Shown piece by piece: positions 29,356 through 42,349 of a stretch of DNA of 64,000 nt; the stretch's first letter is position 1; each line of letters begins with the position of its first letter. Source of the stretch: Leidyana gryllorum EB-2025a (lineage: Eukaryota; Protista; Apicomplexa); the NCBI GenBank assembly GCA_048772705.1, contig JBLWGC010000230.1:620001-684000 (forward strand), read 5' to 3'. The position numbers and the translations under genes were made by a program. A model generated the notes under the pieces. It did no database searches and was not told the DNA's origin. It saw only the letters and a list, made by a program, of their open reading frames with translations.

Positions 29356-30470
29356 TCATCGCCGTCTCCGTCCCTCAATCTCAGCTGCCAGGCGAGATAT
29401 CTCCGACAACCTTTCATTCTCTCCCATCTCATCTTCCTCCCCACATTGCTCTTTCACCAAATGTTCTGCCGTTTCCACTGCTTCTGCCGCTTTGTCTAAA
29501 TTACCCGATACCAAATGAGCCAATGCCAAGCGGTGAAACACTCGGTCCTATACAATCATATACATTTCGTCGTAGGCAGTAATCACTTACATCCTGCTCG
29601 TTTTGACTCAGCAAGAACTCCAGAGTTCGGATCGCATCCTCCACCAACCCAATGTCCACCAACAACCTGCTCAGCTGCAGCTGAACCTCATATGGTGGGA
29701 CTGTGTCCAAGTCAACCCCAGCCGCTCTGTCAATATATGGGCTAATCACTGATAATGCCTCTTTTGATTCCTTCTTAGCTTCCTCAATGTCCCCCAACAA
29801 ACGACCATACCCAGCCCGCGCAACACGGACACCAAAATGATTAGGAGCCAATTCCAGAGCCTTATCTAAAGCCAGTTCACATCGCTCCTGGGCCTCTTCT
29901 TCATCGCTGCAATACGAAAGCAATCTCAGATAGTCAATGGAGGGCAGTCGGTCGGTTAGCACACACGTGTGCTTGCCGATCGGGCGTTTTGTACTAACAG
30001 CACACGATTACTCACCACAAGTCGGTTGTGAAAAGCTCTGCGATGGCCAGATACGTTTCGACCACGCGGTTCCGAGCCTCTTCATCATCATTGCCTGTCA
30101 ATTGTGGTTGTTGGATATTCAGCACCCGTTCATAGTGAGCCAGAGCTTCGCGTCCTTCGGAGAGTTGGGCGAGATAGAAGTACTTCTTGGGTCCACTGTC
30201 GGGTTGAAGAGCAGCTGCTTTCTGGAAGAGGTGAATTGCGGCTGCTTCCAGCGCGTCTTGATCGTCAAAAACTGGGTCTGGGAAGGGAGGAATTAGTGTA
30301 TCTGCGGTTAGTAGGAATTCGGCAAAGTCTTCGTGTATGGATGCGTCATTGGGGCATTGTTGCAACAATTGGGTGAAAATAAGGAAAGCCTCTTGGTGGT
30401 TTGGAGGCACTCGTGTCAAAGCAATTTGAAGGCTTTGAGACAAACTCTCAATTGGCTGTGTATTGGGCAT
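29356..30470 (-). CDS. ACL4: TPR protein, assembly chaperone of Rpl4 (ACL4-like), multi-exon
   Basis: QPDSGPKKYFYLAQLSEGREAL, YLAIAELFTTDL|CDEEEAQERCELALDKAL and LLSQNEQD match the Acl4 pattern as I recall it. Confidence 0.8.
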
Positions 30471-30500
30471 GGGGTTAAGAGGTTTGAAATTTATTTCGGG

Positions 30501-31730
30501 ATGACATCGATGATTTTCCACCCCGAAGTTGGAGGTGGGGGAGGCGGCGGATGGAGCGGTCCGCCGGCACCTCCACAATTGACCCACAGGCTGGTAGTAT
30601 GCCTGACTCCTGTGGCGCGTAACGTGCACTTCAGTCTGATATCAGAAGATATATCGGGAGTATTCGACCTCTGTGGGCCCACGAAAAGTGTGTTTGTGGG
30701 GCACTATCCCGAGTTTCCTGCGCCAGTAGCGAGTATCGCGTATGCTGTTGTGGAGTTTTACTCTGGTGCTGCTGCGGCAGAGGCGGTGACCGGTTTGAAT
30801 GGGACTGTGCTCCCAGGGCTAGGGACTATTCAGATCCACCGGTTACAGCCGGATGAAGCGCCGATTATTCGGGTTCGGGCTATTCACCAGGCGCTGTTCA
30901 GTACGACTTCGACGCCGGCGGAGTCGGACAATACGTCCGTATTGAAGCAACTAGCGAGTGCTCTATCTACCTCTGCTGCTGCCCCTAAACCCCCTGCCCC
31001 GATTTACATGGCCAGGCTCGAGTTGGTTTCGTTGTTTGGCTATGAAGAGTTCAATGTCACCCAACAAGTACTCGGTGAAAGAGACCGAAACATTCATTAT
31101 ATCCTAGAAGAGGCCGAAAATAAGGTGGCTATCAGCCTAAACGGGGTACCTTTGAATCACGCTCCAGTGGCTGAACGGCTGCACATGGCGGTAACGTCCG
31201 CGTCGCAACCCCATTACGAGAAGGCCGTGGATATGGCGGAGGATTTGCTCCAAGCTGTTTGCTTGCAGTTTGTGCATTTCTGCCTCCAGCGAAGACTCAA
31301 GATACCCACTAATGTGGGCTTCATAAGGCACAGCTATGTAGGCCTCCAAACCCCAGATGGTCAGGGCAAAGACTTCTCTTACATGGGATTGCGGGAAAGA
31401 CCCAGAGTATGGCTTAAAGATGTACCGCCCCAAGCCCTTGCACCCCCCCCTTCCGGCCCTCCCCCAGCCCCGAACACTGACGCGCCCCCGCCCAAACAGC
31501 AACAACCGCAAACAGCTGCTGATACTCAACAACAGCAATCCGTTCCCCGCAATCAGCAGCAAGGCGGTGGTGGTGGAGGTGGCGGTGGCTGGGGTAGTCA
31601 ACGTCGAAGTCGCCCACGTCAGAATAACCAGTCGCAAGCCAACAGACAAGCAGCACAGGCTCCCCCTCAACAAGGTCAGCAGCCACCTCCAGCACAAGGC
31701 GGAGGTGGAGGTTACTATGATGGATGGTAG
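30501..31730 (+). CDS. RNA-binding protein with RRM and KH-like (SF1/KHDC4-type) domains and Q/G/P-rich tail
   Basis: RNP1-like YAVVEF followed by AVTGLNG. FNVTQQVLG...KVAISLNG...LHMAV...AEDLLQAV resembles an extended KH domain. Start and end approximate. Confidence 0.65.
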   Translation: MTSMIFHPEVGGGGGGGWSGPPAPPQLTHRLVVCLTPVARNVHFSLISEDISGVFDLCGPTKSVFVGHYPEFPAPVASIAYAVVEFYSGAAAAEAVTGLNGTVLPGLGTIQIHRLQPDEAPIIRVRAIHQALFSTTSTPAESDNTSVLKQLASALSTSAAAPKPPAPIYMARLELVSLFGYEEFNVTQQVLGERDRNIHYILEEAENKVAISLNGVPLNHAPVAERLHMAVTSASQPHYEKAVDMAEDLLQAVCLQFVHFCLQRRLKIPTNVGFIRHSYVGLQTPDGQGKDFSYMGLRERPRVWLKDVPPQALAPPPSGPPPAPNTDAPPPKQQQPQTAADTQQQQSVPRNQQQGGGGGGGGGWGSQRRSRPRQNNQSQANRQAAQAPPQQGQQPPPAQGGGGGYYDGW

Positions 31731-31895
31731 AACCGCCCCTCCACTCTTAAGCAGAAAGCAGCAGCAGGACAGACTGACAGCCAGCCAGTTACCCACTATA
31801 AATATCCATCAGTATCATCAGTCACTACTTCTACCACCTCCTACACAACACACAATTACACACACTGACTTATTATTAATGCAGGATAGAGCTTT

Positions 31896-33109
31896 TCATT
31901 CCCCCCCGCCGTCACCACTTCGCCGGTAATCGTGCAACAGAGCGCTACCAACTCTGTGTGTCGGCTTAGCCATACTTTTGGAAACATGCTGCTTCCAATC
32001 ATTCTGCTGCTCTCTCGCCTGACTCTCTTCAGTCGCTGCTTTCTGCTCCCTTTTCAACGCCTTTAGCCGCCGCCTCTTATTGGCTTTCTGCGCTTCAGTG
32101 TCTGAGTCCAAATTACACATTTCATTCACAAGCTGTGACCCACCTGTTGCTCTAACTATTAGATTAGCCGGAACACGCAACCCGCCCGCCAGAACCACTT
32201 CCTTAGGCTTCTTCTTGGTTGCCACATCGGCTGAATTACGTTTACCGCCACCCCCAGAACCCGAAGCATTACTGTTCGGCGGCACTATCGGTATATCCGC
32301 CGGCCGCAACTGCACATCATAGAAACGTGGCCACCCAAATCTCACTCACCCTGTCTGCTGGGACGGTCTCACTGTTTCCATACTCTGTATATGTCACCAA
32401 GTAACCCTCCTCCACAATGGCGTCAACAGTGCACTTGTACCATTGTCTATGGACAACAACTCGTCATATCACAGCAGATTGGACCACCACATCACTCACC
32501 CATCGTCAGAATATAGTGCCTGAGCCTCCATACCCACCGTTACGCTATCGGGAGGCATGGGGTTCCGCAGACGAACCGCCCCAACGGGCACATTCTGCGT
32601 CTGTTTACGCGCCAACCAATACACCTTCACAGTCAGAGGTGTACCCGTTGACGGGTCTAATTCGCCAAGCGCCATGATAGTCCCAAATACGGGGTGGTGG
32701 GGATCCTTGCTGGACACACACGTGCGTCCGATCAATGCTAAAGTCCCCGGTGCAGGCTGAACGACTGTTGGAGCCGCTGGGGGGATGCTGCCGCTCTTGC
32801 CCTCATCATCCGGTGCCCCCACAGGACCTTCAGCTACAGACGGTGCCGGGGGCTCATCTCTTGCTGCGGCCTCTTCCGCTTCTTTGAACTCGATCAAATC
32901 AGTAAAGGAGACAATGACTTCCTCCAAGTCAGCCTTTAGCTTCTGCAGTTCAGCACTGCCAGGCTCGGACTCCAAAGCCTGGGATATAGCCTCCCAGTTT
33001 GCTTTATACTCATTCAGACGGGTCTGCAGGCACCATTGTCACATCAATTCACTGTCCCTTCATCCCTTACCTTCAAGCTCTCCAGCGACTCCTCAGCCAA
33101 GTCCGCCAT
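31896..33109 (-). CDS. SPF30: Splicing factor SPF30/SMNDC1-like Tudor protein, multi-exon
   Basis: Exon 1 MADLAEESLESLK, 47-nt intron 33024-33070, then RLNEY...ALESEPGSAELQKLKADLEEVI. Tudor VGMEAQALYSDDGQWY...YLVTYTEYGNSE; C-terminal QQNDWKQ. Confidence 0.85.
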
Positions 33110-33123
33110 TTTTTTTGCCTTGT

Positions 33124-34354
33124 ATGAGCCTCGGAGGCCTGCGACTCGACCACCTCGAGTGTGTTAAGACTCTCAATGCCCACAACAAGGGTGGTGTCTT
33201 GGATTTGGTGCTAACTCAAGACAGTCAATATGGTTTAACCTGTGGTCAAGATAGTTCCATCAAGCTCTGGAACCTTTGGAAGGGTCTTTTGATTCAATCA
33301 TATGAAGGTGTGCATCACGCAGAGGTCACATCCGCACATTTCAGTTCATGCCGTTCCAAGTTTGTATCCGTTGGCACGCGCGACTCGAACGGATATTTGT
33401 GGGATGTATCAACGGGAAAGATTATCCGTCGCGTCGGGCGCCATGAGCTAGGGATCACCACAGTAGGAGCTATTCCGAAATCCGATGACATCGTCTGGAC
33501 CACTTCACCTGACAAAACTGTAGCTCTTTGGGATCTACGCGAGCGAGGACCTCAGAAGCGACCAATCCAAGTACTGAATGACGCTTTCGATACTGTCACT
33601 ACGTAAGCTGCAATCGATACGTCCCCTTTGTAGCGGTGTTCGATCGTGTGTGTGCGACGCCCTGTGTCCCCGTGTCAATCCCGTGGGCCCTTTTTGTGCT
33701 TATTATAGCTCGCACTTCTATTATATCGTGTCTGCAGGGCCCTGGCGACAAAGGATGGCGAGATATTGACCGCGTCCCTGGACGGCTTTTTGCGGTCATA
33801 CGATCTGCGCAACGGACTAATGACTGCTGACTTTCTGCACCATGCTTTGACAAATTTGGCCTTAACACATGACCCTGGATCACAATGTGTACTGGTGACA
33901 TGTCTGGGGTCCCAGTTACTGTTGATTGATCGGTCCTGTAAGGAGAGTTGTGAGGTTCTAAACAGCTATGGGGGCCGAGTTAATCAGGTGACCCGGCTTC
34001 ACCCAACTCTCGACAATACAGACTCTGTGGTCATCTCCCCAAGCGAAGACGGGAAGTTGCTATTTTGGGATATTGGGACAGAAGACAACAGTCGTACTCT
34101 AAAGGTAAGCCATAAAGTCGAGAGGTTTCATTCAAACGGAGAGACTTTAGGTCATTGAGAAGGCTCATGGCGACGTGAATGTAGTGAATGGCGTGAGGAC
34201 CATTCTCGACACTGACGAGACGAAAGATCGGCTCCTCCGATCTTCATCACCAAACCAGAAGTCGGCGGTGGATGAGGTTGAAATGGATAAAACTTCCTTT
34301 TTCACCTTCGGTCAAGACGGCCGGATCAAAATGTGGAGGGCGGTTATGCGGTGA
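33124..34354 (+). CDS. WDR83: WD40 protein, WDR83/MORG1-like, three exons
   Basis: YGLTCGQDSSIKLWN, LIQSYEG, TVALWDLR...PIQVLNDA-x-D-x-VT, TASLDG-x-LR-x-YDLR-x-G, SEDGKLLFWD. Last intron 34105-34150. Confidence 0.8.
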
Positions 34355-35423
34355 CAATCCAATGATCATCGAGTGATCTGTCCGTACATTGAGACGAGAA
34401 GGATTCCCCGCCCAGGACAGCACAGTGCAAGGGTTTGTACCCACAGCCTGCCTTCGGGGTCACCGAGGCGTCCAGTAGCGCCACTTCGGATAGATCACAC
34501 CAATGGCAGGTGCTCGTTGCAGTGCAACTCGTGCAAGTAGTGAAGTGGCGACAGTAGTCGTTCACTCGCGACTCCCAGGTGTCAATGTAGAACGCTGTCA
34601 GCTTCACCGAGGACGCCCTCGGGGCACTTGTGAACCATTGGCGAATCTTCTCAGGCGGGTCACCATCGTGACGGGTCACCAACGTTAACGAAAGCTCGTC
34701 GGTCGGACTGACGATGCCCTCCCTCTCAAGCCACCACTGTTGCATATATGAAGCAATCGAGGCCTCAACCAAGTCCGCTCCGACCATCGGAGCCTCGAAA
34801 AGAGGGGTTGTATACCCATTTTCTTTTGTGTAAAGGGGTATTGTTCTTATCCACTCATCAGGAGCGGTGGAAGTTGAGGGACGACGATGTTTCAAAGTCA
34901 AAGAAACATGTGTGTTGGGATCGTTGTGGTACAGATCGGTGTCTGGTCGATCGATGAAACCCAAATAACCCAACTTCATCGGGTCTCCCAACTGGACCAA
35001 ATCGTACAACGATAAGACATATTCCACAGAGTAACTCGTGAACTTTCCCTCCACCAGCCGAACATCCAAATCGTATCCATCTGAGTTGCGCCGCACGGGA
35101 TCTGGATACGGCTCCGGCGGCAAATCTGAGCGCGCCTGGAGTTGTCTTTTCCTTCCTTTAGCCATATTCCCGCTCGACCCACTCGACGGTGATCCCCGAT
35201 TCCACAACCACACTGCGCCCTCGTTCCTCACAGTATGGACAAACTGCTTAGAGGTCACATATTTGGCCTCGATCTCCTCAACATAGCCTCGCGGGATGAT
35301 ACAGTCCGGTAACGCCGATGAGTAGTCGTTATAGTCATATAGGAATGGTGTCAAACAATTGTTGATCATACATGTTGGTGCTCCCAGAGCCAATGCACAT
35401 GACACAGCCGGAATCGGTGCCAT
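34344..35423 (-). CDS. Hypothetical protein, probably secreted, with C-terminal PSI-like Cys motif
   Basis: Hydrophobic N-terminus from ATG 35423; CRHFTTCTSCTATSTCHWC is a PSI-type pattern. Confidence 0.55.
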   Translation of the reverse strand: MAPIPAVSCALALGAPTCMINNCLTPFLYDYNDYSSALPDCIIPRGYVEEIEAKYVTSKQFVHTVRNEGAVWLWNRGSPSSGSSGNMAKGRKRQLQARSDLPPEPYPDPVRRNSDGYDLDVRLVEGKFTSYSVEYVLSLYDLVQLGDPMKLGYLGFIDRPDTDLYHNDPNTHVSLTLKHRRPSTSTAPDEWIRTIPLYTKENGYTTPLFEAPMVGADLVEASIASYMQQWWLEREGIVSPTDELSLTLVTRHDGDPPEKIRQWFTSAPRASSVKLTAFYIDTWESRVNDYCRHFTTCTSCTATSTCHWCDLSEVALLDASVTPKAGCGYKPLHCAVLGGESFSSQCTDRSLDDHWIVTA

Positions 35424-36277
35424 CAGATGCTGCCGTGCTGAAGATTTTTTTTCGCGTCTAAGAGTAAGCTGGACGACTTGGCCGTACACTCCTTCAACGC
35501 CAGAATGCGTCGTCCCAATTGACGGAGAGTCTTAGACCGTAAAGGCCATTTCTCTGGTATCAACTCATCGTACTCGCTTTGCCGCTCCTTCACCTCAGCG
35601 ATCTCTTTCTTCAGATTCTCTATTACCACGTCCTTGTCGCGGATACTCTTCTCAATAATTCGCCGAATCTCATTCTGAGCCAACTTGCTCTCTTTCTATA
35701 CAACACAAACAACATAAACACACCAGAGATGATCAATGCCACTTACCCCCCGGGTCCGAATGTACTGCAAGTCTTTCTGGACAACGTAATTCGACTTCCG
35801 AAGCAAACAAATCGCAGTACTTATCGTCTCCAAAAAGGATGCCTCCTCCGGTAACAACTCGTTCGCCGACACACCGCGCTTCCCCGCCTTCTGACGAGCA
35901 TTCACCGCCTCCTCCAAAGCGGAGTTAGACGACTGCAACAACGCTACCGCAGCCTGGGGCGTCACCGCTTGGCGCTTCTTCTAATCACGCGTTGCCCGAC
36001 CAACTTGTCACGCTCACTCACTCACCCCATAGGTGCTTTCGTTGAAGAAGATTTCGCGATCAATGTCCACTTCTTCGTTCTGAACCTCCTCAAATGCTGC
36101 TGCTGCTGGGGTGGCCGCCTCTGGACGAACCAGCTCTGCCGCCAACTGCGCCTCGTCCATTGCGTGGGCGATCGGGGCAGCTCCCCCTTTCCGGGACCCC
36201 ATCATCATGCGAGCACGAGCTACCGACAGAACTCGTTGTTTTCTGCCATCTCTAACACCCGGAGGCCGTCTACTCAT
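35423..36277 (-). CDS. Hypothetical multi-exon coiled-coil protein
   Basis: Three consecutive minus-strand ORFs separated by GT-AG segments; structure uncertain. Confidence 0.4.
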
Positions 36278-36305
36278 GATGGGTGCAGTGCACGTTTGCT
36301 GTCAA

Positions 36306-39300
36306 CTATAAGTGTTCATCCTCCACGCACTCTCCGTCCTCGGGAACTTCCGACCCCGTCGCAACTCCCTCCTGCATCGCGCTGCGGGGTAAAACAATCG
36401 TCTCCTCCTCCCCAACACTCAACAATCCGCCACCGCTTTCGCCCGTCAGACTACCACGCTTCTTCCTCGGGATACGCGGAGCCGTTGTTGTTGCAGACCC
36501 GCTCGGGTCGTCCAGCATGTCGTCCCCAGGCATCTCATCCTCGTCATCGTCAAACAGCCCACCCCGACCGGCAGCTAAGCCGCCATTGGTGTCGTCCATC
36601 TCCTCTTCTCCGAACACCCCAGCATCCTGACCACTCGCCACAGTGTGTGTGTGCGTATCGGGAGGGTGCTGGCCGTCCGCCAAAGGACCGCCATCACCAC
36701 TCGTTTCCTCTTCGGAAGGGAGCGCAGAAGATGAGGGCTCACCTCCTCCAGCAACCGGAGACGTAGAAAAGTCACCTTCCACCGGCACTCCCTCGGCCAC
36801 TAACTTGGTGGTACCTGTAGTCTTAGCACCAGTGGGGCCGTCGGTGGCCGCCGTGTTCAGCCCATCCCTGAGGACCCCGTCTGTAGCGACGGGCGCATCA
36901 GCGGCGGGCCCACTCCCACTCTCCTCGTCGGCCGGGGACGCAGACGCGGCAACACCGCCAGACTGAGACGGCAGGTTGTCAGTAGTCGTAGTAGGCTCGT
37001 TAGCACCAGGTGAAGCACTGGCTGTTACTAAGGTGTGTACCAATTGTAACAGTTTGACGGCTCGAGTTTTTATTTTGTCAGATTTGACCTTCTTCATGAA
37101 GTCAGGGACTCCCTCAGCCAAGGCGGTGTCATGGGCAATCTTCTGCCAGTTAGCAAACCCATGGATGTATATACCCTTCAGCAGTTGGTTGTCGCCTAAC
37201 TTCACAATATTAGCTGTCGTGGCATCCTCCGGTAAGTCCAGCTTCATATGTTGGGCACGAATTAGCCAAGGCTTGGCCGCATCTGGATTCTGGTCGGATA
37301 TCATCTTATGTAAACTCTCCAAATGAGCCACGCGGTCCAACAATTCCCGACACGGACACGCATATCCAGCTCCAAACGAAATACTGATTGGAATCTTTTT
37401 CGTGGTACCAGAAGCTGTCGTGGTCGTCGTGGCGTCCTTCTCCGCCTGAGCCAACGCAGCCTCACAACGTTTGATCAGATTCTCCGCCTCTTCCAGAATC
37501 ATGGATTCGTCCACCTTGCCCAACTTCGCATCATCCAGGACATCCATCATTCTTATCGCGGGAGACCCAAACTTTATCATCGCGCGACTCAAACGATAAC
37601 GTTCACGATCAGCAAAAACACCATTCGCCACATTCGCACCAGACGAAGAGGCTACAGATCGCTTGCCACTCGTACCAGTAATGGATGAGCTTCCTGCCTT
37701 CTTGGATCCAGAAGTAGCTCCAGCACGTGCTCGAGTACTCCCACTGCCAGCTTTCCGTCGACTGGCCGCGCCACCACGCCGTCTGCTGGACCTCAACGGA
37801 GCATCGCTGCTATCTCCCTCGTCACTGTCGTCATCCGCAAGGTCACCAATTCGGAAATCGTCTTCTTCCACGTCACCGCCAGCAGCCATGTACAGGTCAC
37901 GTCCGGTAGCAGCGGCCCGCTTCGCACTCCTACCGCCCTTCCGACCACCACGCGTTGTTGGGGCAGCCGCTTCGGCCGGAGCAGCAGCAGCCGCCTCGCC
38001 TTTGATCTTCACGCGCTCCTCCAGCGGAATGATTTGATCCCAAGCCAACTTGTCCTCTTCCTTTTGTTTCGGAGCTTCGTATCTGAAGTCAGATACATTA
38101 CTGAACGAACTCAGAAGATCTTCTGCACGTCCGTTCCCGCTTTGATCGGTGTGCTCCTCTGCCTCCGCCAGGACCTTATCGAGATCAATTTTGACGCTGT
38201 CGTCGTCGGTTGCACTGCCACCGTCCTCATTGCTGGTCTCTTTCTTCTGCCAGAGCTTCGTTGCTCCGAACATCAGAATCTTAGTCAGCTCCTCGCGGTT
38301 GAATCCACTATTCTTTCCTTGGGCCCCGCCCGTACCATTGAGCAGATCTGTGTCTTTTATACCCGCCTTCACATTCAATCCTTGGACGACCAATGCATCC
38401 AGGACCATTTTCGCTTTGGCTCGCTCCAGAATATCTTCCTCCACACTATCTTTGGTGACAACCCTGCAGAACGCAGATGATTGAATTCATTTGGGCCAAA
38501 TGCGTGTACATCTATGCATTGCAGCACCGACGGCAAGCGGCGGGGCTGCTGCTATACCGCAATGAAGCGTGTTGCTATCAATGGAGTTGCCATTGTTTCA
38601 CGCACACACACAATGTGTGTCTCCGGAAACACAATGAATTCATGCACGTACCTATATATTTGCACTGTCTTGGTTTGGCCGATACGATGAGCTCGTGCTT
38701 CCGCCTGAAGATCATTCTGAGGATTCCAATCAGAATCGTATATAATGACAGTGTCGGCCGATGTCAGATTGATACCCAGGCCACCGGCCTTGGTGGAGAG
38801 TAAGAAGCAAAAGTCATCCGAGCCAGGAGCGTTGAAGTGATCCATAGCCTTCTTTCTGACATCTCGGGACATTGTACCGTCGAGTCTCTGTGTGGAAAGT
38901 TATGTGATGATCCGTTCCTAAATGAGGAGTCTAGTTACCTGATGTTTGAAGCCTCTAATGGTGAGGAATGTGGAGAGGAGGTTGAGCATCCTGACCATTT
39001 GCGAGAAGATGAGTACTCTGTGCCCTTTCTCCTTGAGTCTGGTGAGCAGTTTGTCGAGAAGGCACATCTTGCCAGAGCTCCAGAGCAATTCCTTGTTGAA
39101 GCTTTCTCTGTCTTCGGGACAGTGGAGGAGGAAGGGATGGTTGCAGATCTTCTTGAGCTCGACACAGATGTTTTGGAGACTGAGCTTGCTGCCTCCCGTG
39201 GATTTGGAGAGCGACTCGTAGTTTCTGAGAACGACGTCCTTGCAGAGAGAGGCCTGACGGGGAGAGAGCTCTACCCTGAGAATCCACTCAACTTTGTTAG

Positions 39301-42211
39301 GTAATGACTTCAATACGTCCTTTTTGACGCGTCTGAGTACGACTTCTCGCAGTTCACGTTCCATTTGATTGAGTTGTCGAGCCTTGAGTTCGCCGACGGA
39401 ATCAGTTTTCTCGATTTCGGAGTACTTTTGTTGGAAGAGCGGTAGGCTGTTGTAGATGGACGGGTTCATGAAGTGCAGGAGAGACCAGAGTTCTTCCAGA
39501 TTATTGTGCAATGGCGTTCCAGAGAGGAGTAGTTTGTATCGTGGACGGAATAAGCAGAGCTCCTTAAAGCGTTTGGATTCCCGATTTTTCAGTTGATGAG
39601 CTTCGTCTACAGCCATAAAGTACCAAGGAATGGCTCGAAGAAACTCGAGATCTTCGGGGCATTGTAGAATTGAAGTGGTGGTGATAACAACGTCGCATCG
39701 ATATCGAACACGTTTGGCGATAACTTGTTTTAGATTTTGTGTGTTCATCGAAGTCAGGCGGCCTCGAGGTTGCACAAAGGCCTCATAGGCTGTGCGGGAC
39801 ATACTGGAGGCCTGGACGATCTTCATTTCCTCGCGCCGGACAACCTCTCTGGCAGCTGGGTTCCCATGATGAAGAATAACATTGAGATTAGGAAGCCACT
39901 GCTGGAATTCCTGAAGCCAATTATCCATCGTTGACTGTGGTACAACGATGAGGAAGGGTCCAGCGACCTTCTCGGCGTATGCCATGTGACCCACAACACT
40001 GATTGTTTGAGCGGTCTTGCCGAGGCCCATCTCATCGGCAAGGAGGACGGACAAATCTTTCTTCATTCTGCTGATGATCCAATTGACTCCAGTAATCTGA
40101 TAGTCACGTAGCTGCATCTGCTTGTCCCCACCGAGGTAAGGGGGTGTGCCGTTGTATGGCTCAAATGACGTCTCCGATAAATCATGCTGATTGAGTGGAT
40201 TGTCGCAACTCAAAGACCCACAGATACGACTCTCTCTCAAGCGATAAGCCTCGATCATGTGACCAAAGTTGTTCTCCTGTAGAAAACCTTCCGTCTCCCA
40301 CGTACACTGATCGTACGGACAACTTGTCCACTTCACCAGATACACCGTTACCAAAGAAGAAGGTCCACCAGCGCTATTAACGTCGGCATATGTAGCCGCA
40401 GAAGGCGAGGCACCTGCCGCACCCGGCGGCATTAACCCGCCACCCAAACCGTCAGCGTCACCCCCTTCTCCCATAACATGATGCATGCCATCTCCTGTGA
40501 TCAAATCTGATGCAGAAGCGGAAGGCATCACATCGTCAGTACCCTGCGGAGTCAATGGGGGCGCCGGAACCAATGTATGCGTCACGATACGCTCCGGTAT
40601 CAACGCGTCCTGGTCAAGTTGCCGCTGCAACTCTAAGGCAATCACCATTTGCTCAACTTCATCTTCACTCATGTGCAACTTTTGAGCCTCCATCTCCGCT
40701 TGCTTCTTGATATAGTTTGTAATTTTCTTGATCCCCGCAACGTTCAGCGCCTGACAGTGCTCCAACGTCATCGCGGTGTTGTGTAAATGACTTTTTCCGG
40801 TCCACTTTATGATGAAACGACGCTCAATTCGACAACCCTCCGGTGCTGTCACAACAGGCGCTGGCGCCGTCACAGCCGCACCCCCAGGAGATGCAGCTCC
40901 GCTGTTGCTCAACGGGATCTCATCTCCAGTTATCGAATCAATAGCCACGTCCACATGACCAACCACCTTGTCCACGCCCAGTGTAGACGGACCAGTCGCC
41001 GACGGAACATCCAAAACACACACAGCTCTCTTCCGTGTTGATACCGGCGCCAAATCTTCTTCGTCCGCTACCGCCTCGTCCGCTTCATCCTCGTCCACTC
41101 CACTGTACACTGCGTCGTCTTCATCCATCCATGAACCTCGCCGACGAGCCGAACGCCGTCGACTCTTGGTTGTCGTAGTCCGCTGACTCCGACTCCCCAC
41201 TGCACTCAATAACTCCGAATCTACGTCAGAAGTCCAAGCAGCATCGTCACCGTCGTCACTGCTCAAGCGCTCATTCACCCAGTCAGCGTCAGCGTCTCCT
41301 CCACCAGACTGCCGTGACCCTCCCACACGACGACGTTTTGTCGCACGGGTTGGAGACTCGCTGACAGCCTCGTCGGCCCACGCCCAACTACTGTTGGTCG
41401 CTGCTCGACGACTGGGCCGGGTTCCTCCCGTGTATGAGCTGCTCTCAGACGCCGCCGCAGCTGCTGCCGTGTCCTTTCGCACACGTGTGCGACGCGTGCT
41501 GCCGCCCTTCGCGCCACTTTTACGATTGCCACGCGGATTATAGTCGTCGTCGTCATCCGCTGCGATAGATTCCTCCGTCAACTGCGCCGGCGGTGCCGAC
41601 TGCGGGTAAGGCGAAGCTTCACTCAGAGCGGGTGATGCCAATTGTGCTGCCGCAGCCGGATACCCGGATCGTGGCGGCGGTTTACGTGCCTTTCGCGATC
41701 GTTGCTCAGGAGGTGCTGCTGCTGCCGCCGCAGCAGCCGCCATTCGACTTCGTAGCATATTGGACATGGCCATTGTCGCAGCCATATGTTGCTGTGGGTG
41801 ATGATACCCAGGCGGCGCTCCCATGGAATAGGCTCCTGGTGGTGGGGCTTGTGCCGTTGGAGGAGCTCCATATCCAGTATGAGAAGGTGGCGCAGCTGCG
41901 TACTGTGGTTGCATCTGGTAACGACGATACATTTCCATCATTGCTGGTGACGGATGATAAGCCGCCGCGGGCGCTTGCGACCTATTCATCGCAGCGACCA
42001 TCTGTTGCGTGATGTACATCTGTTGCATTGGTGTGCTCAGCTTGGGTGCCGCCGCTCCGTAGGCTGGATTAGCGGACGGCACATATTGGCCGGCAGGTGG
42101 GGTCGGTTGGCCGCCGCCGGCTGTCGTTTGGGGGCCACCAGGAGGAGGAGGATAGTTGTACATTGCCGCGTTAGTGTCGCTGCTGCTGTTTCCGGCCGAC
42201 AGCTGTTGCAT
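36306..42211 (-). CDS. CHD1: Chromodomain helicase DNA-binding protein 1-like remodeler, multi-exon
   Basis: Tandem chromodomains ([30 protein letters not shown]), SNF2 motifs [45 protein letters not shown] and [21 protein letters not shown], and SLIDE-like [13 protein letters not shown]. Confidence 0.93.
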
Positions 42212-42349
42212 CCCTTAGCATACCTATCATCAGAAAGGTTTGTCCCAAACAAATTTGAACTTCCCCTTACCCACAGCGATCTTGCAGCTCCCCTGCAACC
42301 AGAAATTTGCCAGAAAAAACGCTGCAAAATTTCCAATTTCTCTATTAGA

